Assembly (NCBI RefSeq): GCF_900232105.1 | Contig: NZ_LT934425.1 | Span: 4,260,001 to 4,292,000 of the forward strand | DNA length: 32,000 nucleotides | Reading direction: 5' to 3' | Origin: Candidatus Kuenenia stuttgartensis | GTDB lineage: Bacteria; Planctomycetota; Brocadiia; Brocadiales; Brocadiaceae | Shown here: positions 27,874 to 32,000 of the stretch, piece by piece | Position numbering within the stretch: the first letter of the stretch is position 1 | Layout of the letters: every line of letters begins with the position of its first letter | Position numbers and translations under genes: made by a program | Notes under the pieces: generated by a model | Told to the model about the DNA's origin: nothing | The model's database searches: none | Seen by the model: the letters and a program-made list of their open reading frames with translations, nothing else

Positions 27874-29004
27874 TTAATCTTTATTCCTTTCCAGTACGGA
27901 AACTTTGTTAAGGCGTCGCAGGAATCGTTCTTCATTCTTAAACCTGGCATTGATAAATATCTGCACCAATTCCCCGGCTAACGCAGACCCTGTGATCCGA
28001 CCACCTAAACACATTATATTCATATTGTCGTCCTCAACCCCTTGGCGGGCAGAGAATGAATCGGTGATCAAAGCTGAACGAACGCCGGCAATTTTATTAG
28101 CCGCAATACAAGCCCCAACACCGCTCCCACAAATGGCTACACCTCGTGAGATTTCCCCATTAGCCACTGCCTCCGACATCGGAATAACAAAATCAGGATA
28201 ATCATCGTCGGTATTGAGTTGATAAGCGCCAAAGTCTTTTACTTCGTAGCCGGCAGTTTTGAGTAACGCAACCAGTTTTACTTTCAAATCAAATCCCCCA
28301 TGATCAGACGCAACACCTATACGCATCATTTTTCTTACAGGACTTGAAGTTTCTTCTTTTAAATTTTGTGGTTGAAATTCGATACTTTTCTCTTTGACAG
28401 ACAACCCCAAATCTGCTAGTGCTTTCGCTGTTGATAGATAATCTGTATGGTGAATGCTGGTGATACCCATGCCCTTCGCCATATTTACAAACATTTGCGT
28501 GTTATCAATGTACACGAGTTCATCTAAGGGCGCCTGGGCGCCATCAATTGCCAGGCGAAAAATAGCTGCATCGGGCTTTCTTCGATGAACATAGCAGGAG
28601 GACACAAAAAAATCAAATATTTCATTCAATTTAAATTTGTTTATCCTGTAGGCGTTTATTTCTCTTGCTTCGTTGCTAACCGCAATTACTTTTAGTCCAT
28701 ATTGCAATTTTATTTTTTTAATAAAGGCAATCATTTCCAAATCAGGCGTGGATAAGGAGAATATGAAGTCTTTGAACTGGTCGGGGGTAAAATCCCTTTT
28801 TTGATAGAATACCATCCGATCAAGATATTCGTTGAACGTTATCCTTCCTTCTTCATACGTTACAAACAGGAGGCCGTGGCGGTTTTCCATTTCATTCGCA
28901 TCCAGGTGAAAATGTTCAGCAGCCCGCTGCCTGAATTTGTAATCCCATCCGTTTGAGAGCAATACACCTCCGATATCTAAAAATAAACAACTAATAGCAT
29001 TCAT
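27874..29004 (-). CDS. Fusion protein: N-terminal HAD-superfamily hydrolase-like domain plus C-terminal ribose-5-phosphate isomerase B
   Basis: N-terminus LFLDIGGVLLSNGWD, VIAVSNEAREI, RRKPDAAIF, YIDNTQMFVNMAKGMG. C-terminus MRIGVASDHGGFDLKVKLVALLKTAGYEVKDFG, YPDFVIPMSEAVANGEISRGVAICGSGVGACIAANKIAGVRSAL. Confidence 0.93.
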   Translation of the reverse strand: MNAISCLFLDIGGVLLSNGWDYKFRQRAAEHFHLDANEMENRHGLLFVTYEEGRITFNEYLDRMVFYQKRDFTPDQFKDFIFSLSTPDLEMIAFIKKIKLQYGLKVIAVSNEAREINAYRINKFKLNEIFDFFVSSCYVHRRKPDAAIFRLAIDGAQAPLDELVYIDNTQMFVNMAKGMGITSIHHTDYLSTAKALADLGLSVKEKSIEFQPQNLKEETSSPVRKMMRIGVASDHGGFDLKVKLVALLKTAGYEVKDFGAYQLNTDDDYPDFVIPMSEAVANGEISRGVAICGSGVGACIAANKIAGVRSALITDSFSARQGVEDDNMNIMCLGGRITGSALAGELVQIFINARFKNEERFLRRLNKVSVLERNKD

Positions 29005-29179
29005 ATTATTATTTTTTTAAAGCTTCCTTTTTATTATTGCATCAAAAACAATAGAATAAATCAAATCTATAAATACTATTGCCCATGCACTGTAGCAAAA
29101 ATTACAAATTCAGGTGAAATCCTTATCAGAAAGGTAATCTGATGGCTTGTGACAATTTTACTGTACAAGCAGTTACCTG

Positions 29180-31193
29180 CCTAGCGTGAGTTTATCACGA
29201 AATAAGGTGTAAGACAAAGACATCAAGTTGCAATCCAATGATTTGTATCGGGTTGCGACTTTTTTTGTCTAAAAAATTATGTATACACTGAATAATACTA
29301 TATTTATATTGCATTATATGCCTGTATATACTATTATACACGGAGTATTAATCTATTACGTATACACTAACAACTAATAGCCATGGCTACCATTCAATCT
29401 AAAAACTCCAGAGGTTATAAATATTGGTATATTGTCGAATCGCGGCGCGTTAACGGCAAGCCCAGGCCCATCGTCCTGGCCTATCTTGGCAAGGCAGACG
29501 ATTTATTAAAACAACTGCAAGGTCTTACCGAAAAATTACGGCTCAAATCTTATTCACATGGCGCGGTAGCCGCATTGCTAAGTGTGGCCAATGCCCTGGA
29601 CGTCCCTTCCGTGATTAATAAATATATAAAGTCGCCACGGCAGTATTGTGCTAAAAAACCTGTTCGAAATAATCTGACCGCCGGAAGTACCCTCTTGTTG
29701 GGTGCCGTGGGGAGAGTGTGTGTGCCTACCAGCAAAAGAGGATGGTGGGATTGGGCAAAGACGACTACTGCCGAATACTTACTCAGACACAGCTTGAGTA
29801 AAATAGACAGTCAGCATTTCTGGGATTTGATGGATGCACTTCCTGAAGAATCCATTGCAGAAATCGAGCGCGAATTAATTGAAAAGACATTTAAAACATA
29901 CAACCTTCAAAGCGACACACTGTTTTTTGATACAACCAATTTTTTCACGTATATCGACACAACTAATCTGCGATGCACTATTGCCCGGCGGGGGAAAAAC
30001 AAACAAAAGCGATACGATCTCAGGCAGGTCGGGTTGGCGATGGTCGTTACACGTAACGACATGATACCGTTGTTTCACCATACCTATCAGGGGAACATGG
30101 CGGATGCAAAGGTGTTCAGCGCGGTTCTTGAGACGATAAAAGACAGGATGACCGGATTAGGTTTCGACAGCAAAAAGCACACTATTGTTTTTGATCGTGG
30201 AAACAATTCCATGGACAATATGGCTATTGTAGAGAGATTGGCATTGCATTACGTTGGAGCGCTTACACCGTATCATCACAAGCAGTTGGTAGGGGATGCC
30301 ATGTGTAATTTCAGGGAATATGACGTTGACGGCAGTAAGATACAGGTGTACCATGACAAACGGGTTATTTGGGGGCAGGAAAGAACCGTTGTCGTATTTA
30401 TTTCCGAGAAATTAAAGGTTGGGCAATTAAGGGGAATGTCTCAGTCTCTGGAAAAGGCAGAACATCAGTTAAAGCTCTTACAGCAGCATCTGTGTAATCC
30501 AAAGGGAAAGATGCGGGACAAAGAGGGTCTGGAGGATACGATAAGAAGTGTAGTGAAATGTCAATTTGCGAAGGATGTTATCGATTGGTCGTTAAAAGAG
30601 GTATCTGAAGGCAAGTTTCAATTGAATTTTTCAATCGACCAGAAAAAGCTCGAAGAAATAGAAGGGGAACTGGGGTTCAGGATTCTTATGACAGACCATC
30701 ACGATTGGGATACCGCGGACATTATAAAAGCCTACTATGGGCAATCAAAAATTGAACATGCCTTTAGAAATCTCAAGAACCCCTATCACCTTGCTTTAAA
30801 ACCGCAATTTCACTGGACGGATCAGAAAATCAGGGTGCATTTTTTTATTTGCGTCCTCGGATACCTAATGGCGGCGATTGTGTGGTATCAGGCAAAAGCG
30901 CACGCACAATTTAGTGGAACGTTAGATACCCTGTTAGACACCCTTAATAATATAAGGCTTTCTGCTATGCTTGAAGAAACAAAGGCCAGAGGGAGAGTTA
31001 AGGCTACCTACAAATTGGAAGAAATGTCCGACAAGGAATCTCTGTTGATGAATGCGTTAGGCATTATGGATTTCCACAAACATCGGCTGAAACTTCAAGG
31101 ACTCAGTGTATACAATTGATGTTGTGCTTAACGCATTGACTGTATTTATGTTACGTTGCTTCATGCCTTATTTTGTGATAAACTCACGCTAGG
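29180..31193 (+). mobile_element. IS1634-like insertion sequence of about 2.0 kb
   Basis: Imperfect TIRs CCTAGCGTGAGTTTATCACGAAATAAGG (29180-29207) and reverse complement CCTTATTTTGTGATAAACTCACGCTAGG (31166-31193), 27 of 28 matching, around a single full-length transposase. No clear target-site duplication. Confidence 0.88.
29383..31119 (+). CDS. IS1634-family (IS4-superfamily DDE) transposase, 578 aa
   Basis: N-terminal YWYIVESRRVNGKPRPIVLAYLG, TLFFDTTNFFTYID, HTIVFDRGNNS, YYGQSKIEHAFRNLKNP, VHFFICVLGYLM. Confidence 0.9.
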   Translation: MATIQSKNSRGYKYWYIVESRRVNGKPRPIVLAYLGKADDLLKQLQGLTEKLRLKSYSHGAVAALLSVANALDVPSVINKYIKSPRQYCAKKPVRNNLTAGSTLLLGAVGRVCVPTSKRGWWDWAKTTTAEYLLRHSLSKIDSQHFWDLMDALPEESIAEIERELIEKTFKTYNLQSDTLFFDTTNFFTYIDTTNLRCTIARRGKNKQKRYDLRQVGLAMVVTRNDMIPLFHHTYQGNMADAKVFSAVLETIKDRMTGLGFDSKKHTIVFDRGNNSMDNMAIVERLALHYVGALTPYHHKQLVGDAMCNFREYDVDGSKIQVYHDKRVIWGQERTVVVFISEKLKVGQLRGMSQSLEKAEHQLKLLQQHLCNPKGKMRDKEGLEDTIRSVVKCQFAKDVIDWSLKEVSEGKFQLNFSIDQKKLEEIEGELGFRILMTDHHDWDTADIIKAYYGQSKIEHAFRNLKNPYHLALKPQFHWTDQKIRVHFFICVLGYLMAAIVWYQAKAHAQFSGTLDTLLDTLNNIRLSAMLEETKARGRVKATYKLEEMSDKESLLMNALGIMDFHKHRLKLQGLSVYN

Positions 31194-31288
31194 GGGAATA
31201 TCATTTCCCAATACCGGGCATTATATTTTAATGTCGCCTTTTTTATAATATGTCGCCATACACTCCAAATAATTATTAGTGGTATCCA

Positions 31289-31426
31289 CTAGTCGCTGGT
31301 TTGCCATTTAACCTCTGCTTTTAATTGCTTTATAAATTCAGGAATATTTACATTTACCAATGGAGTACCCATTTTTCGTGTTCCTTCTGGTCTTAAGTCT
31401 GTAGATTCATTATTTTCTATTTCCAT
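31289..31426 (-). CDS. Small ORF, 45 aa (MEIENNESTDLRPEGTRKMGTPLVNVNIPEFIKQLKAEVKWQTSD)
   Basis: Short but protein-like reading frame from an ATG at 31426. No family assigned. Confidence 0.35.
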   Translation of the reverse strand: MEIENNESTDLRPEGTRKMGTPLVNVNIPEFIKQLKAEVKWQTSD

Positions 31427-31684
31427 GAATATGTATTTACCTAAATCCAGCAAACAAGGCAAAGCCTTGTTGCAGGAATAGGATTGAAATGGTAGAATTT
31501 TCGAAGTATTCAGCGGTATATTGATAACAAAATACAGAAGAAAGGAGATTAGCCATTTCGATGTGGAATATAACAAAAGCCGACAACAAAATACAACCTA
31601 AAATCACCACAGAGATGAATGGGAAAGGATTAACAGTAAATGCAAGGCTTTTACCGGTATTAAATTTTATGGGTAAATAAATGT

Positions 31685-31948
31685 ATGGCATACATGAAGA
31701 AGGGAGTAAGGGAGGTATTTCGCGGAGACAGTAGTTTTTTTGCCGGTGAATTGCTTGAATACCTTGAGTCAGTGCAGGCAGGATATTTGATTTTGGAAGT
31801 AAAGACGATGCGGTTGTGGTTAGTCATTATGGCAGGAAAATTGGTGGAGAGAAGCAGGCAATTGACATTAAAATTGCCGGAGAAATTTCTGCATAATGAA
31901 GAATGGAAAAAGTGGGAACGCATGTCGCTGGAAGTAGTGTTTCCATAG
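31685..31948 (+). pseudogene. DDE transposase fragment, possibly IS1380-like
   Basis: REVFRGDSSFFAGELLEYLESVQAGYLI resembles the catalytic-core RGDSGFF...LLE..G..YLI segment. The C-terminus is garbled and no complete ORF is present. Confidence 0.6.
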
Positions 31949-32000
31949 AAAATAAATCTTGTTTTTCGTTTTTTTGATTTTCTAAGAGCTGTAAGGATAC

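Noticed and set aside
1-32000. tRNA or rRNA genes
   Set aside because: No TGG/TTCGAAT-type T-arm with matching acceptor stem and no rRNA-like conserved text was noticed by eye. A tRNAscan/Infernal run would be needed to exclude them fully.

Overview
This 32 kb bacterial window mixes compact housekeeping operons with decayed and repeat-rich DNA. The protein repertoire suggests an anammox/planctomycete-like or otherwise environmental genome, but that is only an inference. Clear genes on the + strand are a calcineurin-like phosphoesterase directly followed by a PI3/4K-HipA-like kinase, and a DEAD-box helicase with one frameshift. On the - strand they are rarA, an orphan dCache sensor-like membrane protein, a small transaldolase, holA, cobU, cobS (one frameshift near its 5' end), an APS-kinase-like protein next to an alkaline-phosphatase-superfamily protein, and a pentose-phosphate cluster. 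The cluster reads HAD-RpiB fusion, tkt, dps-like, tal, gnd, zwf, degraded pgl. glgP (13553-15906) is heavily disrupted. Mobile DNA includes an IS1634-like element with 28-bp imperfect terminal inverted repeats, an ISL3 transposase remnant, a probable second IS remnant at the right edge, and several MITE-like nested inverted repeats. The items most worth following up are the phosphatase/kinase pair, the HAD-RpiB fusion cluster with an in-frame-shortened Dps, the divergent APS-kinase/phosphohydrolase pair, the nested palindromic repeat array at about 1.5-1.8 kb, and the MITE-like elements. I saw no CRISPR array, rRNA or tRNA, and no convincing known defence system.
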